A stretch of 64,000 nucleotides of DNA from a virus (lineage: Duplodnaviria > Heunggongvirae > Uroviricota > Caudoviricetes). Below, one piece after another: positions 15,754 to 23,519 of this stretch. The position numbers and the translations under genes are program-made. Positions within the stretch are counted from its first letter, which is position 1. Every line of letters starts with the position of its first letter. The notes beneath the pieces were generated by a model, which saw nothing but the letters and a program-made list of their open reading frames with translations, did not search any database and was not told the origin of the DNA. The stretch spans positions 45,600 to 109,599 of the IMG/VR virus record IMGVR_UViG_3300020594_000001. One strand, 5' to 3'.

Positions 15754-16011
15754 TCAGGTGCGGCGCTCATAAAGCATCTTCCAGACGCGACCTTGCACAG
15801 CCTTAATATCCCGTTGTGCCCGCTCCAGGTCTTCCGTAAGTGCCATCAACTCCAAGTCTGTAGGCTTAACACCGGGCGTGGCAACCTTGCTTCCCACAGC
15901 CTCAAGCGAAGTCGCGACATAGACGCTCAGGAAATGCGCGAGCCTATCGAACTCGGCCTCAAGCGCCTTCCAGTCGTCGTCGTTCATGTCTTGCATTTCT
16001 TCAAGCGTCAA
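15754..16011 (-). CDS. hypothetical protein, 85 aa
   Basis: Minus-strand ORF. Confidence 0.4.
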   Translation of the reverse strand: MTLEEMQDMNDDDWKALEAEFDRLAHFLSVYVATSLEAVGSKVATPGVKPTDLELMALTEDLERAQRDIKAVQGRVWKMLYERRT

Positions 16012-16087
16012 AGCGGTCTCCTGTGCCAGGAAACCGCCCCTGGCGCGTTAAAATGGTGATGGGTATGCTTGGGTATGGGTAAGCCCG

Positions 16088-16444
16088 CTATGCGCCCAGA
16101 TTCGCTTCCTTGAGCGCGCTCAGCGCGTCGCGAAGTTCGCTTGCGCCATACTCAGCACTCTGGCGTGCCTCCGACACTTCCTCGTCAAGCAACTCGACCA
16201 GTCCGAGTAGTTCGTCTTTTGTCGCACTTGCACGCATCGCCTTGACCAGGGCCCTGAGCGCGTTCAGATGCTCAGAAAGAAAGTCTTCGCCGATAAAGCA
16301 GCCTTTTGCCTCCTTGATCTTGACGTCGACATGCTCCAGCTTTGTGAGCGATTGGCGTCCGTCAAGTAGCGACTCGATGACCCGACTTGGCAGCGTGCCA
16401 TGGATTCGGAACTGCTCTTCTGGCGTCAGTGAAGTCTGAAACAT
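16088..16444 (-). CDS. hypothetical protein, 118 aa
   Basis: Minus-strand ORF. Confidence 0.4.
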   Translation of the reverse strand: MFQTSLTPEEQFRIHGTLPSRVIESLLDGRQSLTKLEHVDVKIKEAKGCFIGEDFLSEHLNALRALVKAMRASATKDELLGLVELLDEEVSEARQSAEYGASELRDALSALKEANLGA

Positions 16445-16453
16445 GTCGCGCCC

Positions 16454-16678
16454 TTAGCAAGCGTAGAACTCTGGAAGGCCGTAGCCGCGATCTTGCGAAA
16501 GCTTGTGTTCAGCCCATGATTGCAGGACGGGCATGGAGAAACTGCCGTCCAGGGCGCGAATTTCGATGACGTCGCGTCCTGCCCAGTCTTTGCTGGGTGG
16601 CATTGCGACCGCATCGAGCTCACCACGCACGGTGACAAGGATGCAGCGACGCGCGGGGTCAATTTGTTGTGTTTGCAT
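16454..16678 (-). CDS. hypothetical protein, 74 aa
   Basis: Start at 16678 is preceded by the leader GGGCGCATCATAACCATACCGACATCAGAACAGGTAAACATCATG. Confidence 0.5.
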   Translation of the reverse strand: MQTQQIDPARRCILVTVRGELDAVAMPPSKDWAGRDVIEIRALDGSFSMPVLQSWAEHKLSQDRGYGLPEFYAC

Positions 16679-16741
16679 GATGTTTACCTGTTCTGATGTC
16701 GGTATGGTTATGATGCGCCCGTCGGTGAGGCGTTTTGCGCT

Positions 16742-16924
16742 TCAGAAAGCGTCCGGGTGGAATGCATCGGCAATCTGCTTACACATTTCGATCAACCGAT
16801 CGGCAGCACGGGCTTCTTCCTTGGACAGTTCTGCCAGATTGCCTTCGATGTTCTCAAGCTCGTCGCCACAGTCGCGCAACGCCGCGAGGGTGTTCTGGAA
16901 TCGGCAGTAGCTCATGTTCGCCAT
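16742..16924 (-). CDS. hypothetical protein, 60 aa
   Basis: Minus-strand ORF. Confidence 0.35.
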   Translation of the reverse strand: MANMSYCRFQNTLAALRDCGDELENIEGNLAELSKEEARAADRLIEMCKQIADAFHPDAF

Positions 16925-16935
16925 ATCTTTCTCCG

Positions 16936-17160
16936 TTAATTGGGGAGTTTGTCGAGCCAGCTTTCAAACCGGCCCCAAAGTTCGGGCCTGCGTTCGATGT
17001 TGCGGGCAAGCTCAGAGCGGGTGAGCCCGTCCTTCACGAGCTCTAAAAACAGCTCGGCCACACCAGCGACTTTTGCGTGCTCTTCGTAAAACATCTGCAT
17101 CTGGGTTTTCATGCTTCCTCGCTCCGAGCGCCGATTCGCTCCAGGTGCATGGCCTTGCAC
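16936..17160 (-). CDS. hypothetical protein, 74 aa
   Basis: Minus-strand ORF. Confidence 0.4.
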   Translation of the reverse strand: MQGHAPGANRRSERGSMKTQMQMFYEEHAKVAGVAELFLELVKDGLTRSELARNIERRPELWGRFESWLDKLPN

Positions 17161-17345
17161 TGGTCGCGATGAGCCTGGTAAAACTCCACGAGTGAGGGAT
17201 AAACCGGGCTGATTGCCTTGAGCTCTCCAGTTTTCTGCCAGTGCTCGGTATCAAACAGAAAGCAGCCTGTTTGGCCCGAGGTCACGTCGAGGCACTGAGT
17301 TGTGTAATTCGACACGCAGTATCCTGATTTCATGCGTAGCTCCAT
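17109..17345 (-). CDS. hypothetical protein, 78 aa
   Basis: Minus-strand ORF. Confidence 0.35.
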   Translation of the reverse strand: MELRMKSGYCVSNYTTQCLDVTSGQTGCFLFDTEHWQKTGELKAISPVYPSLVEFYQAHRDQCKAMHLERIGARSEEA

Positions 17346-17863
17346 GCACTAGGCTGAACCGCTTCGATCGCCGCTTTTTCCAGCGCCTGCAGCGCGACGA
17401 ATGCGTTCAGCGGGTGGTTTGTGTAGGGCAGAGCCTCAGTAATGCTTCCTGAAAACCCCCTGGCGAACCTCTCATTGATGAAGAAGTGCTTCACGCCCGC
17501 CGCTTCAAGAACCCGGATGGCATAGCGGGCGAATCCATTCGATTCGTCGACGTAGCCACCATCGCCGAGCTTCTTGTTGATCTTGCGCATGACTTTTACC
17601 GCCTGCTCCATTTCGCGCAGTGTCATCATGTCGCTGTGATTGCCCGACATGCCATGCCTGAACGCGTAGAGCTTTGGAGTCGCTTGGGTTTTGCAAACAC
17701 TATCGCCGCCACCTTGGCTGGTAATCTCCAGCTTGAGCCGGTCGAAATAGTCAGTCCCGAGATTGAAAACCCGCACATATACATGCGAGTATTCGCCCGA
17801 CTTCTCGCCCCAAATGTAGGCGTAGACATCTTTGTCTTGATCGAAATTGTCTGGCTTTTGCAT
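17330..17863 (-). CDS. hypothetical protein, 177 aa
   Basis: Start at 17863 is preceded by the leader ...CATTGATTACATAACGGGTAAACC. Confidence 0.5.
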   Translation of the reverse strand: MQKPDNFDQDKDVYAYIWGEKSGEYSHVYVRVFNLGTDYFDRLKLEITSQGGGDSVCKTQATPKLYAFRHGMSGNHSDMMTLREMEQAVKVMRKINKKLGDGGYVDESNGFARYAIRVLEAAGVKHFFINERFARGFSGSITEALPYTNHPLNAFVALQALEKAAIEAVQPSAWSYA

Positions 17864-17922
17864 GGTTTACCCGTTATGTAATCAATGACTCTATTGTGGG
17901 CGTTAGAATGCGGCGCGTGTCG

Positions 17923-18138
17923 TCATTCGCATTCGTCGCTCTGCGGGTTCGGATGGAGTCGCCCGCCCTGCCAAGCCTTTATCCAAGCTTTGACACGTCG
18001 GTAATCCTGCTCGCTGTAGCCCTGTTCCGCCATGACTTCTGCGACACGCGCCAGCCCTTGAACGAGCGGGCCGCGCTTGTTGCGCCACGCCCACCTGCGA
18101 AGCTGTCGCGCGTATTTGTAGGCGTCGTTCGCAGTCAT
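17923..18138 (-). CDS. hypothetical protein, 71 aa
   Basis: Start trimmed to MTANDAYKYA, ATG at 18136..18138. Confidence 0.35.
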   Translation of the reverse strand: MTANDAYKYARQLRRWAWRNKRGPLVQGLARVAEVMAEQGYSEQDYRRVKAWIKAWQGGRLHPNPQSDECE

Positions 18139-18140
18139 GC

Positions 18141-18371
18141 TCAACTGACGAAGCTCCAGCAAGTCCAGCCTTTGTCGTCGCTCATGACTTCGATTGTTTT
18201 GCCGACGTCGCGGTGGGTGAACTGGCAAGTTTTGTGGTTCTTACCGCCCCAGTGAGGCTTTCTGGTGTTGATGTCCTCTGTTGTGACTTCAAACCGCTGC
18301 ACGTAAATGTCATCGCAGCCGCCCCAAGCGTTGTTGCGCCTTGTAAGTTGCTTTTCAGTCAGTTTTCTCAT
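18141..18371 (-). CDS. hypothetical protein, 76 aa
   Basis: Minus-strand ORF. Confidence 0.4.
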   Translation of the reverse strand: MRKLTEKQLTRRNNAWGGCDDIYVQRFEVTTEDINTRKPHWGGKNHKTCQFTHRDVGKTIEVMSDDKGWTCWSFVS

Positions 18372-18553
18372 TTTTCACCCACTATCTTGATGCCCAGTTC
18401 CTTCGCAAGGGCAAGCGCTTGGCCCTTTGTGTTGCTCCACGGCTGAACCATATCCACGCAGTATTCGTCCACAATGCGCCACGCATTGACGAACCAGCCT
18501 CGCTTCATGTTGAAGCGCTCTTGGCGGTCTTTCTTGATGTATCCGACCTTCAT
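18368..18553 (-). CDS. hypothetical protein, 61 aa
   Basis: Start trimmed to MKVGYIKK. Confidence 0.35.
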   Translation of the reverse strand: MKVGYIKKDRQERFNMKRGWFVNAWRIVDEYCVDMVQPWSNTKGQALALAKELGIKIVGEK

Positions 18554-18765
18554 TACTCGCCCCCGTTGTATGCACGATTCATATAGGCATAGAAATACCT
18601 GGCCCGGGAGCCGTTCGCGTTCATGGGCTTGCGATACTTCCACTCGTCTGCAGCCGCGATGATGCGCTCGACCATCACAATGCCCAGCGTATGGAAGTCA
18701 GCGTTCAGGATGATGCGGTAGCGAGAGGCCAGATCGCTGGCTTGGCCCTTTGTCATGTGTGCCAT
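18553..18765 (-). CDS. hypothetical protein, 70 aa
   Basis: ATG at 18763..18765. The palindrome AATTGACTGATATGTCAATT (18781..18800) lies just upstream. Confidence 0.4.
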   Translation of the reverse strand: MAHMTKGQASDLASRYRIILNADFHTLGIVMVERIIAAADEWKYRKPMNANGSRARYFYAYMNRAYNGGE

Positions 18766-18774
18766 GGTTCGCCC

Positions 18775-19110
18775 TTACAGAATTGACTGATATGTCAATT
18801 GGACGCCCAGCGCGTCGGACAGGTCTTTGGTAATGGCGTGATGCGCATCAAACCCCAGGCCGTGATAGATCAAGGAATACCCACGCTCCCGGTTCGACAG
18901 CTTATGGCGGGTTGCTTTCGCAGCAGGCGCTGTAATCTCGACCAATTGGCGGTTGGCAGCGTCAAACAAAAACACGGCCAGATAGCGCGTGGTTCCTGGC
19001 GGACTGACCCACCGTGTCATGACATAGACGCGGCAAAACCCGTCGTATTGGGCGATCAGGTTTTTGATATCCTCTATCGCCCCTTCGCGGGCGCGGTCGG
19101 TCTGGCTCAT
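18775..19110 (-). CDS. hypothetical protein, 111 aa
   Basis: Start at 19110 is preceded by the leader GACGCGCACTATACACCTATTGAAAGCAAACCAATAGGTAAACCC. Confidence 0.5.
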   Translation of the reverse strand: MSQTDRAREGAIEDIKNLIAQYDGFCRVYVMTRWVSPPGTTRYLAVFLFDAANRQLVEITAPAAKATRHKLSNRERGYSLIYHGLGFDAHHAITKDLSDALGVQLTYQSIL

Positions 19111-19168
19111 GGGTTTACCTATTGGTTTGCTTTCAATAGGTGTATAGTGCGCGTCGAGCTACGGCGTG

Positions 19169-19381
19169 TTAGTGAAAAGCCCTAAGAACCTTTACGGTGC
19201 ATAGTTCGCGGTAGAGCGCGCTATTCAATACGGCGAACAAACTGAAATGCTCCCTTCTGCCGTCAGCATGCTCAATCTCCAGGCGACAAGAGCAATGACC
19301 GTCGCACAGGCGCGCCAAGAAACACACCCACGCGACGTAGCCTTCGCTGGGCTGAACGATGGGAATCTCGCTCAGCTTCAT
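19169..19381 (-). CDS. hypothetical protein, 70 aa
   Basis: Minus-strand ORF. Confidence 0.35.
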   Translation of the reverse strand: MKLSEIPIVQPSEGYVAWVCFLARLCDGHCSCRLEIEHADGRREHFSLFAVLNSALYRELCTVKVLRAFH

Positions 19382-20037
19382 TTGGATAGGCGCTCCAACA
19401 GCACGCTGTCGGGATTGGGATAGAACGTGTGCGGTTCCCTGCCCTCAACCATATCGAGCACTTTGAACGCCGCGACCGTGTTACCCGCCATTGTTCGGGC
19501 AGTTGCTGGGGTTTTGCCGCCCGCGACCAGCGCTTTAACCAAGTTACCATCGTTGCCCGTAGTCAGCTTTCCGTCAGCTTTGAGCACGTCGAGCGCGGTC
19601 TGCATCACGTTATTGAGCTTGGCAGTCTTGCCCTGGGCATACTCGATGAGGAACGTCACCCGGTTTTGCACCTTCACGCCCACGCCTTTGATGCGCTTGG
19701 CGGTCTCGAATTGCTTGTCAGCCCGGGCTTTACCTTGCAGCTTGAGGTCTGCCTTGCTCAAAAGCATGGCGTCGTCAAACCCATCAGCGAGGGTGTCGCG
19801 CAGCCGGTCGACCTTATTCGCGTAATGGCGACGAGGTTTCGCTACCCGCTTCTCGATAGGCTTGGCGGTTTCGTCGCCCGCTTCTTTACCCGGTGCATCC
19901 TCGATAACGACTTGCTCAAGGGGGGCAGCGCTGGCCTGGCTCATTAGGTCGGTCAGTTCGTCGCCATCGACGCCCAATGACCGCATCAGTTCGGTGAGGG
20001 TCGAATCCTCGATATTCTCGGTGGTGTTCAGTTGCAT
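19378..20037 (-). CDS. hypothetical protein, 219 aa
   Basis: Minus-strand ORF. Confidence 0.45.
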   Translation of the reverse strand: MQLNTTENIEDSTLTELMRSLGVDGDELTDLMSQASAAPLEQVVIEDAPGKEAGDETAKPIEKRVAKPRRHYANKVDRLRDTLADGFDDAMLLSKADLKLQGKARADKQFETAKRIKGVGVKVQNRVTFLIEYAQGKTAKLNNVMQTALDVLKADGKLTTGNDGNLVKALVAGGKTPATARTMAGNTVAAFKVLDMVEGREPHTFYPNPDSVLLERLSK

Positions 20038-20090
20038 CGTTTGCCCCTAAAAGTTCAATTTGACTGGAGTTTGCACCCCCGCTGTCGGCG

Positions 20091-20531
20091 CTACCACGAG
20101 CCCGCAATCTCGCTCGCTGCGCTACCCTGCTCTATAACAGGCACATCTGGATCGGGCGGGGTAAGCTGATTGCCAATTTCTTTGATCAGTGCCCCATCGC
20201 CCGTGGCCGCGCCATTGGCAAGCAAGAATCGCGAATAGCCAGCGACGCCTTCTTCAATCGTTCTGAAGTGTCGGGTCTCGGTGATGTCCTCAATTTGCTG
20301 TGGCTTGATTGGGTTGCCTTCAGGGTCAGTCGCTACATGGTTGAACACCCGAAGAACCACAGGCTTTGCAACCGAGTCTGGCGCTTCTTCCGCTATCTCG
20401 ACGCTGACTTTGACGCGCAGTTCGACCACAAAGCGATCATTCGCGAACTGCTTCAATGTGCGTTCAGTGTCAGCCATAGCCTCTACCATTTCGCAGGGGA
20501 TTGCTTTGCCGTTAAAGTAAAGTGTTTTCAT
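20091..20531 (-). CDS. hypothetical protein, about 146 aa
   Basis: Start trimmed to MKTLYF, ATG at 20529..20531. Confidence 0.4.
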   Translation of the reverse strand: MKTLYFNGKAIPCEMVEAMADTERTLKQFANDRFVVELRVKVSVEIAEEAPDSVAKPVVLRVFNHVATDPEGNPIKPQQIEDITETRHFRTIEEGVAGYSRFLLANGAATGDGALIKEIGNQLTPPDPDVPVIEQGSAASEIAGSW

Positions 20532-21198
20532 ATGCCTTATTTGCATCCGGTAATTCACGTCTGAATAGCTGCGTGACAGGATCGTTAAACACAACCTGCT
20601 GCCCGCGCAGCATGAAATTATTACGCTTCAAATCAAGGCGATACCCGCTTTTCTCAATGAACTCGGCAAGGTAAAACAGCGCCTCACAAATCGGGGTATA
20701 GTCGTCGATCGCCGCCAGCGACCGTAGGATGCGCGCCTCTAATAGCCAGCCTTGCAGGTAGGCGACGTCGGAGCGCGGCTGGCGTGCCGCTATCTCGTTG
20801 GCGCAGGCCATCAGCCTACCCACCCAGTCGGATTGCTCTACGCCAATACCCTGCCGAACACAAAAATCCCCTACGCCAGGGGCTTGCCGAATAGAAATTG
20901 CTGGGCGCTTGCCAGTAGCTGGCCGAATATCAGTCAGTCGCTCACAGCGCAGCAAGTAGCTATCACCAGAAATCTTGCCGTATGCGTCCAGCAGCACGGG
21001 AAAGAAGTCGAACCGCCCGTCGCACAACTCATTGAAGAACCTGTATTGGGCGATGTCGCAGGTGATCTTGTAGACACTGGCTTCGTCGCACTCGAACGTT
21101 GCCCCCATCAGCCCCCTGCCCACCATGCGTCGCCCCTTGAGCAAGGGGTGCTGCAATAGCTGGCGGTCGGGGTTGCTCCGAAAGTTGTAGAACGACAT
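20512..21198 (-). CDS. putative protein-kinase-like protein, 228 aa
   Basis: N-terminal Gly-rich GRGLMGATFECDEASVYKI, and LDLKRNNFML resembling the HRDLKxxN catalytic loop. The resemblance is weak and needs profile confirmation. Confidence 0.35.
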   Translation of the reverse strand: MSFYNFRSNPDRQLLQHPLLKGRRMVGRGLMGATFECDEASVYKITCDIAQYRFFNELCDGRFDFFPVLLDAYGKISGDSYLLRCERLTDIRPATGKRPAISIRQAPGVGDFCVRQGIGVEQSDWVGRLMACANEIAARQPRSDVAYLQGWLLEARILRSLAAIDDYTPICEALFYLAEFIEKSGYRLDLKRNNFMLRGQQVVFNDPVTQLFRRELPDANKAYENTLL

Positions 21199-21521
21199 TA
21201 AAACGTCCCTGTGACGCCAAATGTGTGCAGCGCTTCCTTAATAGTTCCGCACTCAGATGCTTTCAGAGAAAGAAACAAATCCAGCACGTCTTGAGGTAGC
21301 TCCTTGTAATATCCAGAGCCCCACAGAATTGAGCCACCAATGCCTTCAGTTGTTGACCAGTATTGGACAACCTTCGTGGCCCCAAGCTTATGAAGTTCTG
21401 GTATCGGCCAATAATTACCTCTGAAGAGCTCAGTTTCGTCTTCGTATTCACAGAAGTCGCTTCTGCCCGGACATTCCCTAACCGCTTCTATGCAAGATCG
21501 ATTGATGTATTTCGCGTCCAT
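21198..21521 (-). CDS. hypothetical protein, 107 aa
   Basis: Start trimmed to MDAKYINRS. Confidence 0.4.
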   Translation of the reverse strand: MDAKYINRSCIEAVRECPGRSDFCEYEDETELFRGNYWPIPELHKLGATKVVQYWSTTEGIGGSILWGSGYYKELPQDVLDLFLSLKASECGTIKEALHTFGVTGTF

Positions 21522-21552
21522 CACTGGTTCGCCTCGAAAAGAAAGACCTGGG

Positions 21553-21951
21553 TTATTCGTCGACCGAGAACATGGTGAAGCGCGGAAACATGAACTCGTA
21601 TTCTGCGACCGAGCCAAACGTGCCACCGTCCGTGCGCTGTCGCGATTTCATCCTTTCGAACACCTTCTGAATCTGCTCGCGCTCCGCTGCTTCCCGCGTC
21701 GTGTTCGGGATCGGACCGCCCTGGGCCCGGCGCTGCTTTGTCATAAGTGCACCGCACTTCACCGTGCTCAGGGACTTAATCTGCTCTGCGCACAAAGACA
21801 TTGTCGTTGCGCCCAGATACTTGGCATTTGCGGCGTCAACCATAAGCTTCGTGAGCCAGCCAGGGCGTGAAGCATTCTGATAAAGATGTTCGTCAGCGAG
21901 GGCGCTGACACGCTCGATTTCGCTAATGCTGATGGTGCTGTATGCATTCAT
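21553..21951 (-). CDS. hypothetical protein, 132 aa
   Basis: Minus-strand ORF. Confidence 0.45.
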   Translation of the reverse strand: MNAYSTISISEIERVSALADEHLYQNASRPGWLTKLMVDAANAKYLGATTMSLCAEQIKSLSTVKCGALMTKQRRAQGGPIPNTTREAAEREQIQKVFERMKSRQRTDGGTFGSVAEYEFMFPRFTMFSVDE

Positions 21952-21960
21952 TGCGCGTCC

Positions 21961-22197
21961 TTAAGTGGCAATAATTAAAACTTTGTGCTCTTCGTCAAGG
22001 TGAAAGACCAGACCACTTGACGGGCTCGGGGTAACTTCGTCGGTGGTCAAGGTGCATTTGCCACCAAGCTTCTTCACCAATGCCCAGATGATCTGCGAGT
22101 TATCATCCCAGTCCAGTCCCTGGATTGTTATTTCATTCGGCGGAATGCTCACGCTGCGTCGACCTCCCGATGAGTTATTGACTGGAAGTATCCCCAC
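21961..22197 (-). CDS. hypothetical protein, 78 aa
   Basis: Minus-strand ORF. Confidence 0.4.
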   Translation of the reverse strand: MGILPVNNSSGGRRSVSIPPNEITIQGLDWDDNSQIIWALVKKLGGKCTLTTDEVTPSPSSGLVFHLDEEHKVLIIAT

Positions 22198-22715
22198 TTT
22201 CTGGCGGCGAAGAATGCCTGCATCATCACGTCGACGTCATAGTCTGCCGCGTGGGCAGCGCCGGGGTCGTAGCTCACTTCAGTCGCAAAACAAAGCTCGC
22301 CCAGGTTTGGCAGCTTGCCCATGGGTGTCGCCCAGCGACCGTCGACCATCGTGTCGTAGCAATGATGCAGGCAACTTGGTAGCGAAAGACCCTCTCGCTT
22401 GAACTCGTGCGCCAAAAATGGCACGTCGAACCCAATACCGTTGTGAGCAACCACTTGATCACAGCGCGAAAGAACCGCATGCAGCTTGGGCGCAATCTCG
22501 CTCCATTTTGGCTCCATCGCCAAGTCCTCGAAACTGATCCCGTGAACCGCATGTGCCTTGGGGTCGATTGCGCGCTCAGGGTTGATGCGCTTGACGAACC
22601 CGCCCATCTTGGTGCCGTCATCGCTATAAAGAATTGCGGCGACTTCGATTATTCGGTGCCCAGTCGCCCAATCCAGCCCCGTAGTTTCCAGGTCAAGGCC
22701 CGCAATGATCGTCAT
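22149..22715 (-). CDS. DEDDh-family 3'-5' exonuclease (DnaQ-like)
   Basis: Exo I motif IIAGLDLETTGLD, Exo II HNGIGFDVPFL, Exo III HAADYDVD. Confidence 0.65.
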   Translation of the reverse strand: MTIIAGLDLETTGLDWATGHRIIEVAAILYSDDGTKMGGFVKRINPERAIDPKAHAVHGISFEDLAMEPKWSEIAPKLHAVLSRCDQVVAHNGIGFDVPFLAHEFKREGLSLPSCLHHCYDTMVDGRWATPMGKLPNLGELCFATEVSYDPGAAHAADYDVDVMMQAFFAARKWGYFQSITHREVDAA

Positions 22716-23113
22716 TTCAGATTGCCCTCTTTGTCGTATTTGCTCGATGGCATGCCGCGCATTGCGCCATACTTGTCAATGACGTCAGAAGCTGCTGCGC
22801 TGAACTCGTCGCAAATCTTTTCTGCAGGGTCTTCCTTGCAGTGGTCACCAGCGCGGTCCACGAACCTAAGTGCGACTTTGGCAAGCTCAGCGTCGCATGC
22901 TGAACGCCGTCGAGTTTCTGCCTCTTGTCGCAGCAGTGCCTTCGTTTCAGACAACAACGGGTCAGCACCGATATAGCACTCGATTGGCGCTTCGGGCCAT
23001 TCACGACGGCATACTTCGAAGCTGCCCTCGTTCCAAAGACGAAGCCAGACCTCGCCCTCATCGATGTCATGGCGCAGGGCAAACTGGATCGCATGAACTG
23101 CTGCATCGGTCAT
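22712..23113 (-). CDS. hypothetical protein, 133 aa
   Basis: Minus-strand ORF. Confidence 0.4.
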   Translation of the reverse strand: MTDAAVHAIQFALRHDIDEGEVWLRLWNEGSFEVCRREWPEAPIECYIGADPLLSETKALLRQEAETRRRSACDAELAKVALRFVDRAGDHCKEDPAEKICDEFSAAASDVIDKYGAMRGMPSSKYDKEGNLK

Positions 23114-23517
23114 TCTATTTTCTCCAAGAATTTGCGTTCGCCCGCCCTCATTGCTGCTTTCAGCAACCGTATATCGACAGGCATACCCTTGGACGCAAAG
23201 AAGCCAACAACACCCCTTGCTTCCCAGAGCGTGACGTGCTTACGCCCCATTTCCAGCGACGAAAGCTCAGCAGGCGTCATACCAAGCTCCCGTGACATTT
23301 CCATCAAGGTGGTGCCAGCGATGCAGCGTAACGCCCTGATAAGCAGCCCGATGGGTGCTAGTGGGCTTTTCATCCGCTCCAGGGGCTCTTGCGCCTTCGT
23401 GTAGCCCGCGATGAAAAATTGATCAACGCTCATATCAATGTATTCGTTCGACTCGGTGTCGTATCCGCTACTCCACTCTTTGAACGCTTCGTTCGCAAGC
23501 TTAGTCAGTTCATGCAT
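23110..23517 (-). CDS. putative helix-turn-helix DNA-binding protein
   Basis: Start trimmed to MHELTKL. The segment TLMEMSRELGMTPAELSSLEMGRK resembles an XRE-type HTH. Confidence 0.4.
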   Translation of the reverse strand: MHELTKLANEAFKEWSSGYDTESNEYIDMSVDQFFIAGYTKAQEPLERMKSPLAPIGLLIRALRCIAGTTLMEMSRELGMTPAELSSLEMGRKHVTLWEARGVVGFFASKGMPVDIRLLKAAMRAGERKFLEKIE

Positions 23518-23519
23518 TG

